64,000 bases of DNA from Candidatus Uhrbacteria bacterium (GCA_016206175.1 JACQSB010000007.1:8639-72638), one strand, 5' to 3'; counted from the first letter of the stretch, positions 1 to 10,092 are shown. The notes: generated by a model from the letters alone, not told the origin. Program-made: numbers and translations.

Positions 1-42
1 CGAGAAAAAAATACTGTTTTTATGCGTGGTTTTAGCATATAG

Positions 43-1461
43 CTAGCCGACAGAGCCAGTCATTTCAAGCTCGAGTAAGCGGCGTAACTCCACCGCATAC
101 TCCATCGGAAGCTGTTGGACGATCGGTTCGGCAAATCCATTTACGATGAGCGAGGAAGCATGCGTGGCCGTAAAACCTCGTGTTTGCAGATACTGAAGAG
201 CTTCTTCGCTGATCTTTGCCACGGTTGCCTCGTGTGCGACCTTTGCGCTTGCTTCGTTTACAATCATGGTAGGATATGTATCAGAGCGCGATGACGGATC
301 GAGGATAAGAGCATCACATACTACTCGAACGGTCGCATTGCGCGCGGCCTTGCCGATGCGCACAAGACCGCGGTACGATGTCCTGCCTCCATCGCGCGAT
401 ATTGAACGCGACACAATCGTTGAACTGGTGTCAGGAGCAGCATGAATCACTTTCCCGCCGGCGTCTTGATGCTGGAGTGACCCGGCAACAGCAAGCGATT
501 GAATTTCACCGCGTGCATTGCGGCCGCGTAAGATGATGGATGGATATTTCATAGTCAATTTCGACCCGATATTGCAATCCAGCCAGATCATGCGCGCGTC
601 TTGATCGGCAGAAGCACGCTTCGTGACGAGATTATAAACATTGTCAGACCAATTTTGAATAGTAGTATACTGCACTTTTGCGCCTTTCTTCACAAAAATT
701 TCTACAACCGCGGAATGAAGGGAATCTTTCGTGTATTGCGGAGCAGAGCAGCCTTCCACATAGTGTACGGAGCTTCCTTCGTCGGCGATGATGAGCGTGC
801 GCTCAAATTGCCCCATGGATTGCCGATTGATACGGAAGTATGCCTGCAAGGGCAACACGACATGCACGCCGCGCGGAACATAGATAAAAGATCCGCCGGA
901 CCAGACTGCGGTATTCAATGCGGCGAACTTGTTATCGCTTGCCGGCACGAGGGTGCCAAAATACTTACGCACGATGGCCGGATGCGCACGCAATGCATCA
1001 TCCATGCCAAGAAAGATCACGCCTTGCTTACGTAACTCTTCCTGCAGTGAGTGATAGACAACTTCGCTTTCAAACTGGGAACCAACGCCTGCGAGGTATT
1101 TCCGTTCCGCTTCCGGAATGCCGATTTTTTCGAACGTTTTTTTGATGTTTGGCGGGACATCTTCCCAGCGTTTGGCCCCTCCTTTGGTTGGTTTCACGTA
1201 ATAATAGATGGAGTCAAAGTCGATCGCAGAGAGATCACCGCCCCACGTCGGAAGTGGCTTAGCATAAAAAACCTGCAGTGCGGCAAGGCGTTTCTCAAGC
1301 ATCCATGCCGGTTCATTTTTTTGTTTTGAGATCAGACGCACGACATCTTCTGATAAGCCGCGAGGTGCACGAAATACTTCATGAACCTTAGTACGAAACC
1401 CCAATCGATAAGGGCTGATCGTACGGCTGATGCGCGTTTTTGTCTGTTGCGAAACTGGCAT
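43..1461 (-). CDS. sufB: Fe-S cluster assembly protein SufB
   Basis: 472-aa ORF with SufB-like sequence throughout; directly downstream of the SufC ATPase in the same operon. Confidence 0.9.
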   Translation of the reverse strand: MPVSQQTKTRISRTISPYRLGFRTKVHEVFRAPRGLSEDVVRLISKQKNEPAWMLEKRLAALQVFYAKPLPTWGGDLSAIDFDSIYYYVKPTKGGAKRWEDVPPNIKKTFEKIGIPEAERKYLAGVGSQFESEVVYHSLQEELRKQGVIFLGMDDALRAHPAIVRKYFGTLVPASDNKFAALNTAVWSGGSFIYVPRGVHVVLPLQAYFRINRQSMGQFERTLIIADEGSSVHYVEGCSAPQYTKDSLHSAVVEIFVKKGAKVQYTTIQNWSDNVYNLVTKRASADQDARMIWLDCNIGSKLTMKYPSIILRGRNARGEIQSLAVAGSLQHQDAGGKVIHAAPDTSSTIVSRSISRDGGRTSYRGLVRIGKAARNATVRVVCDALILDPSSRSDTYPTMIVNEASAKVAHEATVAKISEEALQYLQTRGFTATHASSLIVNGFAEPIVQQLPMEYAVELRRLLELEMTGSVG

Positions 1462-1463
1462 TG

Positions 1464-2255
1464 CTACAATGCCTTAGGCTTCAAAAAAGGAGCAAAGCCT
1501 TTGTCTGCCACCAGATCCATAAGGTCCCTCGTGCCGGTACGCACGATGCGGCCTCGAATCATAATATGCACATGCGTCGGTGTAACATAGCGCAGGAGGC
1601 TCGGATTATGCGTGACAAACAGCAAGCCTGCATTCTGCTGTGCTTGGTATGCGCGCAACGCATCGAGGCATACTTTCAGCGCATCGATATCAAGACCGGA
1701 GTCGATTTCGTCAAGAAAGGCAAACGACGGTCGAAGCATCAGCAACTGCAGGATTTCAGACTTTTTTTTCTCGCCGCCGGAAAAGCCTTCGTTGAGAGAA
1801 CGAGTCAGAAATGATTGATCGATGCCAAGCTGGGCTGCAGCTCTTTTGAGAATCGCAGCAAATTCTTTAAGATCAAACGGGGCGATTCCACTGCTTTTCA
1901 TCGATCTGGCATGGCGAAGAAGCGAGAGCGCGGAAACGCCGGGGAGAACAGGAGGATTTTGAAATCCTAAAAACAAACCGGTTGCCGCCCGTTTTTCCGA
2001 CGGCGCTTTTGTGAGAGACATTTTTCCAAGCTGCAATGAGCCGCGCGATATCTTGTATTGCGGCAAACCCATGAACGCCCCCACGAGTGTGCTTTTCCCT
2101 GACCCATTCGGACCCATCAAAATATGCGTCTCGCCGGACCGCAGCAAAAGCGATACAGAATGCACGACCTGCTTTTCTCCGACTTGCACGGAAAGATTAT
2201 GGCACCGAAATGAATGCAGGGAAGAAGAATTTTTTTTCACTGTTCTTTTTTTCAT
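1464..2255 (-). CDS. sufC: Fe-S cluster assembly ATPase SufC
   Basis: ABC ATPase motifs (Walker A GPNGSGKST, signature LSGGEKK, Walker B LLFVTH); 3 nt upstream of sufB. Confidence 0.9.
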   Translation of the reverse strand: MKKRTVKKNSSSLHSFRCHNLSVQVGEKQVVHSVSLLLRSGETHILMGPNGSGKSTLVGAFMGLPQYKISRGSLQLGKMSLTKAPSEKRAATGLFLGFQNPPVLPGVSALSLLRHARSMKSSGIAPFDLKEFAAILKRAAAQLGIDQSFLTRSLNEGFSGGEKKKSEILQLLMLRPSFAFLDEIDSGLDIDALKVCLDALRAYQAQQNAGLLFVTHNPSLLRYVTPTHVHIMIRGRIVRTGTRDLMDLVADKGFAPFLKPKAL

Positions 2256-2257
2256 GA

Positions 2258-2662
2258 TTACGTGATGGTTTCAGGTACGATAAATTCCGCAAGGGTTTTT
2301 GATCCGTAGATCTCTCGGATCTGGTTATTCATGCGCGCAAGGCCGCGTCGGACATTGCAAAATCTTTCCCGAGGACAGGTGCGCGATCGCTGGTGCGTCT
2401 CGAGAAGGCAATCCATGAGCGCGATCGGATTATCAAGCGCTTCTATTACTTGCTTCATGGTAACATCGGAAGGATGGCTCGCAAGAAAATAACCGCCCTC
2501 TTTCCCACGAGACGCCCGCACAAGTTCTGCGCGTTTGAGCCGGTTTGCAACTTTTTGCAAAAAAGCAAAAGAAAGGTGGTGTTTTTTTGCGACGGAACGA
2601 ATTGACTGGGGCTCTTGTTCATGGGCGAGAACGGATAGGAAAAAAAGGCCGTAGTCCACCAT
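2258..2662 (-). CDS. Rrf2-family transcriptional regulator (IscR/SufR-like, probable Fe-S sensor)
   Basis: Rrf2 N-terminal wHTH (MVDYGLFFLSVLA...SIRSVAKKHHLS..FLQKV) and a C-x10-C-x5-C cysteine triad. Start taken at internal ATG 2662; the table ORF extends to 2725. Lies upstream of sufCB. Confidence 0.7.
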   Translation of the reverse strand: MVDYGLFFLSVLAHEQEPQSIRSVAKKHHLSFAFLQKVANRLKRAELVRASRGKEGGYFLASHPSDVTMKQVIEALDNPIALMDCLLETHQRSRTCPRERFCNVRRGLARMNNQIREIYGSKTLAEFIVPETIT

Positions 2663-2812
2663 CTGCGTAAGATGAAACGCGCCTGCTCGTATTTTCGACG
2701 TTTTGTTCTCACACCTGCTATTCATACCAAATTAGGAAGAATTAGAGATTGGTACCATAGCAAGTAAACCCCACGTATGTCAAGGGGTCTGAATCACCAC
2801 TTTGTGACACCT

Positions 2813-3295
2813 TCAATCGCCTCGAGTTCGAGACGGGAGGCGTTGTGATTCCGAAACCGGCCGCACTTGGATTGATTGCGCTGTCATGCTCCCGTCTGGA
2901 TTTCCCTCGCCTGTTACCATAACCGGCGTACCTACTGTCAAATCGCTTGACGTACCTGCAGTGAAAGTGCTAACGGAAAGCGAAGGAGACAGAAGGATTA
3001 TCTTCGATCCGCCATCTTGCAGCTTGAGGGTAATGCTTGTGTCATCTTTGGCGATGATATCGCCCGCAGCAAAAGCACCTGCTGCGCGGCGAAGACCGTT
3101 ACGAGATCCCTGTACGCCCTGGCCTGACATGCCGGCGCCGCGGAAAAATTGCGCTCTGCCTTCAGAAAATGCATCGCTTGCCGCACTCTGTTTGCTCTTT
3201 ACATACAGCATGCCTCCATAAACCCCCGCACTGCCTGCCACAAGGGCACACACAACAAACCCGATAATAATTTTTTGCATATCTCTATTTTTCAT
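2813..3295 (-). CDS. Small secreted/membrane-anchored protein, DUF5666-like
   Basis: N-terminal TM/signal ([16 protein letters not shown]). C-terminal S/T/G-rich beta-type repeats ([18 protein letters not shown]...[27 protein letters not shown]) typical of DUF5666. Last gene of the ABC efflux operon. Confidence 0.4.
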   Translation of the reverse strand: MKNRDMQKIIIGFVVCALVAGSAGVYGGMLYVKSKQSAASDAFSEGRAQFFRGAGMSGQGVQGSRNGLRRAAGAFAAGDIIAKDDTSITLKLQDGGSKIILLSPSLSVSTFTAGTSSDLTVGTPVMVTGEGNPDGSMTAQSIQVRPVSESQRLPSRTRGD

Positions 3296-3314
3296 TTTAC
3301 GAATTATTCATGAA

Positions 3315-4529
3315 TTATTCGTAACGAAGTGCATCGATCGGATTAAATCGTGCTGCACGGCGAGCTGGATAATATCCGAAGACAATACCGATTCCAGTCG
3401 CAACGCCAAAGGCGGTAAGCACGGCTTGCCATGATACTTCAGTGGCAATGCCGACAAAACGTGCAACAACAAACGCAATAAGCCATCCGATCAATACTCC
3501 GATAAGACCACCGAGAAATGTAAGCATCACTGCCTCCATGAGAAACTGCCAAGTGATATCACGACGGCGAGCGCCGATCGCCATACGAAGCCCGATCTCG
3601 CGCGTGCGTTCCGTTACAGTAGTAAGCATCATATTCATGATCCCGATCCCACCGACAATCAGCGAGATACCGGCAATCGACGCAAGAAAGAGGGTGAACG
3701 TCGTCGTCACTTGCGATAGCGCGCCCAAAATGTCAGCCTGTGAAATAATGGAAAAGTCCGGTTCGCTCACTCGATGCGTGACGAGCAAGGCAGCGCTCGC
3801 CGCCTCCTGTACAGCAGGCATCTGATTCTTATCCTCCACGGCAAGCGCGATTGTGGAAAGATAATCCACGCCGGAAAGAATCTTTTGCATAGTTGAAAGC
3901 GGCACAAGAATCATGTCATCGAGATTCATAAAACCGGACCCGCCTTTTGATTTCAGAATGCCGATCACCTTAAAATTTACACGGTTGATGCGGAGCGTCT
4001 TATTCAGCGGATCCACATCCTCGCCGAAAAGGTCTTTCGCAACAGTAGGTCCTAACACAGCAACATGGGACATGCTTCTCTCATGGGTTGGGGAAAGAAA
4101 CACCCCGTTTTCTACCTCCACGGTGCGGACTGCAGCATACTGATCTGTCGCACCGACGACTGTTGAGTTCGTGTTGTTGCCGATTTGTGAAGTGATCTGG
4201 AATCGTCGTTGCAGTTCCGGGGATACCGCTTTTACTCCTTCGAGAGAAGAAAGCGCATCAATGTCCTCATTCTTCAATGTCTGAGCCGTCCCCCTACCGG
4301 AAGATACGATCCCCCGCCCCGGCTGGACAAAGCCGGGTAATACGGTCAGCAGATTCGAGCCGAGCCCTTCGATGCTCGACTGGATACTTCCTTTCGCGCC
4401 CTCGCCTATGGAGACCATAGCAATCACTGATGCAATACCGATCACAATGCCGAGAATCGTAAGACCTGACCTCGCCTTATTGGCGGTAAGCGAGATTCGT
4501 GTCTCATCGAGAATGTCCGAATATCTCAT
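3315..4529 (-). CDS. ABC transporter permease, MacB/FtsX family
   Basis: N-terminal TM, large periplasmic MacB-like domain and a C-terminal FtsX 3-TM bundle; overlaps the ATPase gene by 4 nt. Confidence 0.8.
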   Translation of the reverse strand: MRYSDILDETRISLTANKARSGLTILGIVIGIASVIAMVSIGEGAKGSIQSSIEGLGSNLLTVLPGFVQPGRGIVSSGRGTAQTLKNEDIDALSSLEGVKAVSPELQRRFQITSQIGNNTNSTVVGATDQYAAVRTVEVENGVFLSPTHERSMSHVAVLGPTVAKDLFGEDVDPLNKTLRINRVNFKVIGILKSKGGSGFMNLDDMILVPLSTMQKILSGVDYLSTIALAVEDKNQMPAVQEAASAALLVTHRVSEPDFSIISQADILGALSQVTTTFTLFLASIAGISLIVGGIGIMNMMLTTVTERTREIGLRMAIGARRRDITWQFLMEAVMLTFLGGLIGVLIGWLIAFVVARFVGIATEVSWQAVLTAFGVATGIGIVFGYYPARRAARFNPIDALRYE

Positions 4530-5242
4530 ACTTGGTTGTGGTTATTGGCGATACGCCGTTCCTTTACCGGGATGTCGCCTACGATCGATCCATCACGCAC
4601 ATGGATAACGCGTTGCGCGTGTTCTGAGACGTATGATTCGTGAGTGATCAGAATGATCGTCCGGTGTTCGTCGCGGTGAAGGCGTTGCAGCGTATCCAAT
4701 ATCACGTCACCGGTCTTTGTATCAAGATTGCCGGTCGGTTCATCAGCAAGAATAAGAAGCGGATCGTTCACCAACGCGCGGGCGATCGCGACACGCTGCA
4801 TCATCCCGCCGGACAACTGATTGGGCAAATGATTCCAGAATTGCTCCGGAAACGCTGCAGCACGTAATGCTGCTGCAGCCCGCTCGGCTCGTTCGGATTT
4901 TACGATGCCAGCATATACGAGCGGCAATGCAACGTTGCGCAGCACTGTCGCCCGGCGCAAAAGATGGAATGACTGGAATACGAATCCGATTTTCCGATTC
5001 CGAATCTCGGCGAGCTCATCAGAATCAAGCTCGGATACATTTTCGCCCCCCAACAAATATTCGCCTTTTGTAGGAGTGTCGAGACAGCCAATGATGTTCA
5101 TCAACGTCGACTTTCCTGATCCTGACGGTCCGGTAATGGAAACAAACTCTCCATCAGCGACAGAAAGAGAGACGTTACGCAGAGCATACGTCTCAACTTC
5201 ACCAGACCGGTATACCTTCTCAATATCGCGACATTCAATCAT
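4526..5242 (-). CDS. ABC transporter ATP-binding protein (MacB/LolD-type)
   Basis: Walker [11 protein letters not shown]-loop, signature LSGGMMQR, Walker [12 protein letters not shown]. Confidence 0.9.
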   Translation of the reverse strand: MIECRDIEKVYRSGEVETYALRNVSLSVADGEFVSITGPSGSGKSTLMNIIGCLDTPTKGEYLLGGENVSELDSDELAEIRNRKIGFVFQSFHLLRRATVLRNVALPLVYAGIVKSERAERAAAALRAAAFPEQFWNHLPNQLSGGMMQRVAIARALVNDPLLILADEPTGNLDTKTGDVILDTLQRLHRDEHRTIILITHESYVSEHAQRVIHVRDGSIVGDIPVKERRIANNHNQV

Positions 5243-5259
5243 ACCAGTGCTCCATTACA

Positions 5260-7329
5260 CTAGCGCACTTGCATACGGAATCCGCCGCCCCCTCCCCCGC
5301 TGCTGCCACCGCCTCCGGGAAAGCCGGGTATGCGAAAAGATGGATTCTGGCTTTGCGCCGGAGTTTGATTGGATGAAGACTGGTCAATCGTGCGGACGAC
5401 CACGAAGGCTCCTTCATCCAATCCGGAGAGGATTTCGGTGGATTCATCGTTTGAAATCCCAACCTCTACGAGAGTGCGAGTTGGCGGATTCGAAAGTAAG
5501 ACACCGCCTGGTGAAAGAGCATTCTGGATTCCCTTATCCTGTACAACATCAACAGCAGAGCTTTCACCTTGCAGCTTGACTGCATTCGCAGGGACAAGGA
5601 GTATGTCAACGCGCGTATCAACGATGATGGCAGCACTTACGCTCATGCCAGGCTTAATGCGCTCATCATCAGTATCAAAAGCGACTGTCACGGTATACGA
5701 GACCACTCCTTGTTCCGACGATCCGATCGTATCGATCTCGGCAACGGAGCCGGTAAGCTGCGTATCAGGAAGCGCGTCAAACGAAAGCGTTGCTTTTTGT
5801 CCTACAGCAATGCGAGATACATCAATCTCATTAAACGAAAGCTCGGCGATGCGCGCCCTCGTAATGACAGTCGCAAGGATAGTGCCGGCACTTACGGAGT
5901 CGCCCTTTTTTACGGCAACATCAGCTAAGGTCGCATCAAAGGAAGCGGTGATTCGGTAATCTTCGAGCTTTTCTTGAGCATCCTCTAACGCGTTGGTCCG
6001 TTCTCTGATTGCTATTTTTTGTGTTCGGATATCAAATTCATCGGGTGGTTCCTGGAGTTTTGCGAGTGCCTCTTCTCGTTCCTTTACCTTCTCTCGAGCT
6101 TGCGCGACATCATTCGCATCAGGCGGCGCTTGCAATTCAGTAAGTAATTTCTCCTTTTCTGTGACACGCTCGCGCGCCGTCTGCAGCGTCTCTGTATCTG
6201 GTCCGTTTTTCAAATCCTCAAGTGATTTATTTTTTTCAACAAGGGTGCGCTCGGCATTCACGATCGCTCCTTTTCTGTCATCGATCAAACGTACGGCCGT
6301 CTGCAGTGCCGCGTAGCGGGTGTTCATTTTCGATGTGTAGGCGTCCAGTGATGATTGGTGTGAGCTCATTACGGAAGGCACCACAATACTTTTATCTTCC
6401 ATCACGTCCTGCACAAAATCGAGATACGTATCCGCAGCCTTGACCGCATCTGATGCCATTTTCACCGCATCAAATGTATCATCAATCAAACGCTCGCGCG
6501 CTTCGCTCGAAGAAGCACGGCTCGTCTGCTCATAGGAGGCTTCAACAGCTTTGAAATGTTTATTCGCTTTCTCGTAGGCAGTATTGGTGAGATTCTTCTT
6601 CTCGAGCGCCGCGTCATACTCCCATGTCATGACGCGATTGGTGTACCAATCGCTATTAGTCTGCGACCGTTCGATCGTGTTGGTGTACAAAATATCGGAG
6701 AGGCCATTCATTACTGTCGAAAGATCAAGTATTGCGGAGGTGACGTCCGTAAAACCATCTTCATATGCCTTTTCAAGATTTTTCTTGGAGTCTGCATAGC
6801 TGTCTTGCGCTTGTTGCACCGCATTCTCGGCTTGCAGTAATGCAAGCGCGTCGGGCGGTTTTTGGAGATCCTCCAAGTCGCGCTTTGCTTGGGCGAGCGC
6901 GTTTTGAGCTTGCAGTAATGCAAGCGCGTCGGGCGGTTTTTGTAATTTTTCAAGCGAAAGTTTTGCCGTCTCAAGGTTCAGTGTAGCGTCCCGTACCGCC
7001 TTGCGCGCTACTCGATCATCAATCTGAAACAGCAACGCATCCTTTGTCATATCACCACCTTCTTTTATGCCTATAGCTGTCACGTCGCCGGATACTTTCG
7101 CTTTGATATCAACCTGATTTTGTGCTGATACCTGCCCCGTGCCGGAAACGGACGCAACGATCGTACCGTACTCCGCGCGGGCGACCACGTAGCGGATTTG
7201 CTCGGGACCTTTTGTTGCGGATGAATAAAAGTAGTAGCCAGCACTGACAATGCTTAGAATAGCAAGAATGCTAATGAGCGGATGATTGCGAAAGAATCGA
7301 AACTTTCCATGCCTTTTTATTGTATCCAT
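5260..7329 (-). CDS. HlyD/MacA-family periplasmic adaptor with extended coiled coil
   Basis: N-terminal TM anchor; long coiled-coil hairpin with four 26-aa LQxPPD repeats. C-terminal beta-barrel/MP domains (VKKGDSVSAGTILATV; KPGMSVSAAIIVD) and a Gly-rich tail. Confidence 0.7.
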   Translation of the reverse strand: MDTIKRHGKFRFFRNHPLISILAILSIVSAGYYFYSSATKGPEQIRYVVARAEYGTIVASVSGTGQVSAQNQVDIKAKVSGDVTAIGIKEGGDMTKDALLFQIDDRVARKAVRDATLNLETAKLSLEKLQKPPDALALLQAQNALAQAKRDLEDLQKPPDALALLQAENAVQQAQDSYADSKKNLEKAYEDGFTDVTSAILDLSTVMNGLSDILYTNTIERSQTNSDWYTNRVMTWEYDAALEKKNLTNTAYEKANKHFKAVEASYEQTSRASSSEARERLIDDTFDAVKMASDAVKAADTYLDFVQDVMEDKSIVVPSVMSSHQSSLDAYTSKMNTRYAALQTAVRLIDDRKGAIVNAERTLVEKNKSLEDLKNGPDTETLQTARERVTEKEKLLTELQAPPDANDVAQAREKVKEREEALAKLQEPPDEFDIRTQKIAIRERTNALEDAQEKLEDYRITASFDATLADVAVKKGDSVSAGTILATVITRARIAELSFNEIDVSRIAVGQKATLSFDALPDTQLTGSVAEIDTIGSSEQGVVSYTVTVAFDTDDERIKPGMSVSAAIIVDTRVDILLVPANAVKLQGESSAVDVVQDKGIQNALSPGGVLLSNPPTRTLVEVGISNDESTEILSGLDEGAFVVVRTIDQSSSNQTPAQSQNPSFRIPGFPGGGGSSGGGGGGFRMQVR
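6821..6960. repeat. Intragenic tandem direct repeat (two copies, 78-bp period, 34-bp perfect core)
   Basis: cttgcagtaatgcaagcgcgtcgggcggtttttg occurs at 6831-6864 and again at 6909-6942; it encodes the duplicated KPPDALALLQA segment of the adaptor. Confidence 0.85.
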
Positions 7330-7384
7330 AGTTGTATACGTTTCACCTCTTCTATAATGCGCGCTTTCATTATTGGTTGCAATC

Positions 7385-7918
7385 TCATGTACGCAAGGCC
7401 GCTTCTACTAATTCCTCAATAAGCTGCAATACAACGTCATCAAAAATTGCATTGCCGCGAAAACTGTCTGGCGATGCGAGCACGACCGGCTTGAGGATGT
7501 GTGATCCAGCTTTATTCAGCAACGCGATAAAGTCAAGGGATGCTTCATAAGCGGTTCCTTTTTCTGAAAAACAGATCAATCCGGCCTTTTTCTCTTTCAA
7601 AAATCCGCTTGCCAGCTGCACGACGTTTTTCAAAGAACCGGGGGCTTGAGCGGCATAGGCGGGCACGCCAAACAAAATCACATCTGAAGTTTTTATGGCT
7701 TCTATGCATTCACGCGTTGATGCTCCATATTCTTCAACGGCGCGAGCGTCGTACAAATCTAGATCTGCTGTGTGCAGATCAAACATCGTAAAACGCACGC
7801 CACGGGCTGACAAGATACGCGCGGCAGCATCCAAGAGGATAGCCGTATGGGAAGACGGATGAAGACTCCCCTGGATTAGCGCAATAGAAGGATAGTTATT
7901 TTTTTCTCTTCGAACCAT
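7385..7918 (-). CDS. NADPH-dependent FMN reductase family protein (flavodoxin-like fold)
   Basis: 177 aa with a flavodoxin-like NAD(P)H:FMN reductase pattern (SIALIQGSLHPSSHT...DVILFGVPAYAAQAPGSLKN). Confidence 0.65.
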   Translation of the reverse strand: MVRREKNNYPSIALIQGSLHPSSHTAILLDAAARILSARGVRFTMFDLHTADLDLYDARAVEEYGASTRECIEAIKTSDVILFGVPAYAAQAPGSLKNVVQLASGFLKEKKAGLICFSEKGTAYEASLDFIALLNKAGSHILKPVVLASPDSFRGNAIFDDVVLQLIEELVEAALRT

Positions 7919-7941
7919 TGACGTGTCTGCTCTTTACATGA

Positions 7942-8385
7942 TTACGATTTATCCCAATCTTGCTCGCTATATACGGTAGTGCCCTGAAAAATTGTGCTAA
8001 GCGCATCCCGGACATGAGGCACTATTTCTTGCGGAAGCGTGTCTTTTGGAAACCAGCTGATTTCGCTGCATTTGTCCGGCTCGGCAATATAGGGGCCTCC
8101 ATGATAGCGAAGAACGCGGAAATAAAAATCAAAACGCTCCCGGTCGGTACCGAAGCGAGAGACGATATGAACGAATTGCAAATCATCGACAGATAACGTA
8201 ATGCCAATTTCCTCCTTTGCTTCCCGTATAGCTGCTATGCGCGGGGTCTCTCCGCTTTCAATATGTCCGGCCGGCACATCATATACGCCGTCTTGGTACC
8301 CAGTGTTACAGCGACGTGACAATAAAATCTCACCATCACGCTCTATGATGAGATGCACAGCGGCAATAAATGTGTAGCGGGACAT
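7942..8385 (-). CDS. NUDIX hydrolase
   Basis: Nudix box GHIESGETPRIAAIREAKEEIGI (Gx5Ex7REUxEExGU). Confidence 0.85.
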   Translation of the reverse strand: MSRYTFIAAVHLIIERDGEILLSRRCNTGYQDGVYDVPAGHIESGETPRIAAIREAKEEIGITLSVDDLQFVHIVSRFGTDRERFDFYFRVLRYHGGPYIAEPDKCSEISWFPKDTLPQEIVPHVRDALSTIFQGTTVYSEQDWDKS

Positions 8386-8393
8386 AGAATGGT

Positions 8394-9566
8394 CTAACTT
8401 GGTTCGATGTCAGATCCCCTGCCGGTATTCACAATGAGTGCTTTGCGAGTGATGATGCGATCTCGCTCTTTCTTACCAACGCTATCGCATCGCTGCATAT
8501 ACAAAGCAAGACCAGCTGCTGCGGAAACTTCCGCTTTGATACCCTCTCGTTGAAAGATCTCGTATGCTCCATGAATGTATGATTCCTCGACGCTTATCTT
8601 TGCCGTTTCCGCGCCTGTACGATGCAGCGTCGCTTGCGACTCGATATCTTCTTCGCGAAATATTAGAAACGGCTTGTATGGCGCCGTGAGCTTATCGGCA
8701 TCACTGTCCGGATTCGATGGTTCAGCGCCAAATACATTGAGGCGTTGTACACATGAAATCATATCGCGGATCACTGACGGATCTTCACCCTGTACGCCAA
8801 GACGCGGATCCGGGTTCATGCCGTTATGCAAAGTAAGAGATTGCCATGTGAGGAAATTTTCCATAAGGCGACCAGAGCCATACGGAACATATACATCATC
8901 GGGTTGTTCGCGGAAGCACTCGTGAACCAGCCAATCGTAAAAAACAACCTGTGGTAAAAAGTGTGGGCTTTGGGAAGTTATCTCAACTCCATGTTCGTTT
9001 TCTGTGATCACTTTCATGAGCATCGGATCAAGTCTCTTTGAGAGATCCACACGATAAATATCGGCGCGGAGTCGCGATAATCGCTTCACTTCCTGTGCGA
9101 GAGCCATTCTACCGACAACAATCTTTGGTGGAGGAAGGCCGTATCTTTCAAATGCGGTGGCAACCGCAGCCCCCTCGTTGCCAGATGTGATAAGCGTGAA
9201 GCGCGGTATTCGCTGTTTCGACAAAAAATCTTTCGCTTTCGCTTCATTGAATCCAGAAGTGCGCAAAAACAAGCCGAATGCATAGTCAGCATATAATTTT
9301 ACAAACTCCCATGCGGGACGATCCTTCATGGTGCCGGTCGGATTGACCGATTCGTCTTTTACGGATATTGCCCCGTAGCCGTCGCGTGTCAAATTGAGAT
9401 CGCACGTTGGCGTCTGCGGCCATTCGGGATCCTTGAGATCCTTCAAAAGAAATTGTGGTATGGACTCGATCCACTGCGCCATGAGCTCGGGAGACATGAA
9501 CTCGGGAAACGTAATCCTTTTTACTACTTCCCTGCTTGCAATAATTGATTCGTTCCTCTCTCGCAT
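8394..9566 (-). CDS. PLP-dependent enzyme, fold type II (Trp-synthase-beta/threonine-synthase-like)
   Basis: PLP-lysine motif NPTGTMKDRPA and Gly-rich loop TSGNEGAA. Start placed at ATG 9566 to avoid overlap with the upstream small gene; the table ORF extends to 9794. Confidence 0.6.
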   Translation of the reverse strand: MRERNESIIASREVVKRITFPEFMSPELMAQWIESIPQFLLKDLKDPEWPQTPTCDLNLTRDGYGAISVKDESVNPTGTMKDRPAWEFVKLYADYAFGLFLRTSGFNEAKAKDFLSKQRIPRFTLITSGNEGAAVATAFERYGLPPPKIVVGRMALAQEVKRLSRLRADIYRVDLSKRLDPMLMKVITENEHGVEITSQSPHFLPQVVFYDWLVHECFREQPDDVYVPYGSGRLMENFLTWQSLTLHNGMNPDPRLGVQGEDPSVIRDMISCVQRLNVFGAEPSNPDSDADKLTAPYKPFLIFREEDIESQATLHRTGAETAKISVEESYIHGAYEIFQREGIKAEVSAAAGLALYMQRCDSVGKKERDRIITRKALIVNTGRGSDIEPS

Positions 9567-9607
9567 ATTCTTGAATACAATCCTGGATATGTTCCGATTA
9601 TGACAAA

Positions 9608-9892
9608 TTATCTCCTCCGAGAAAGCCAAAGCCGCTTTAGAAAAGGAAGTGTCGCGGTAGACAGAGCGAAGGCAAGTGTTGGCACGAGTGCGTTGATATA
9701 AGGGAGAGGAAGTTGAGCGATCAGGAAAAAAACAAGCACTACTCCGTAGGTAAGAATGAGAATCGCAGCTTTGCGCGCAAAACTCGTCTCCCATGCTTTA
9801 TCTGCCTCAACACGGCGGTTACGCTCTTTGAGGGTGGTGATTTCTTGTTGTAATTCTTCCAGAGTAGGCATAAGAATAAAATTAGCCATTTT
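9608..9892 (-). CDS. Small membrane protein (coiled coil plus two predicted TM helices), hypothetical
   Basis: 95-aa ORF with a charged N-terminal helix, then hydrophobic ILILTYGVVLVFFLI and ALVPTLAFALSTATLPFL segments. Confidence 0.4.
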   Translation of the reverse strand, partial: KMANFILMPTLEELQQEITTLKERNRRVEADKAWETSFARKAAILILTYGVVLVFFLIAQLPLPYINALVPTLAFALSTATLPFLKRLWLSRRR

Positions 9893-9971
9893 TCTCCAGA
9901 ACATAAATGGGATACCGTTTCAGATTTTTTTGCCCCAAATGTATCGGATAAATGCAATCTGTACTCTAATT

Positions 9972-10058
9972 CGGAAGGGGGGGGATTCGAACCCCCGAGG
10001 ACATTGCTGCCCTACAGTCTTTCCAGGACTGCCGTTTCAACCGCTCACGCACCCTTCC
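9972..10058 (-). tRNA. tRNA-Ser (anticodon GGA), type II with long variable arm
   Basis: GGAAGGG 7-bp acceptor stem, anticodon loop CTGGAAA, variable arm, T-arm GGGGGTTCGAATCCCCC. CCA is not encoded. Confidence 0.85.
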
Positions 10059-10092
10059 GTATACTGGGCTCTCGCCGCAGATTGTACTAGTT

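Noticed and set aside
6711-6974. Repeat-containing ORFs overlapping the adaptor gene (6711..6974 minus, 6765..6986 plus) that could be mistaken for CRISPR-like or repeat proteins
   Set aside because: Their internal repeats simply mirror the 78-bp in-frame duplication of the adaptor coiled coil. There are no spacer-like unique segments and only two copies.
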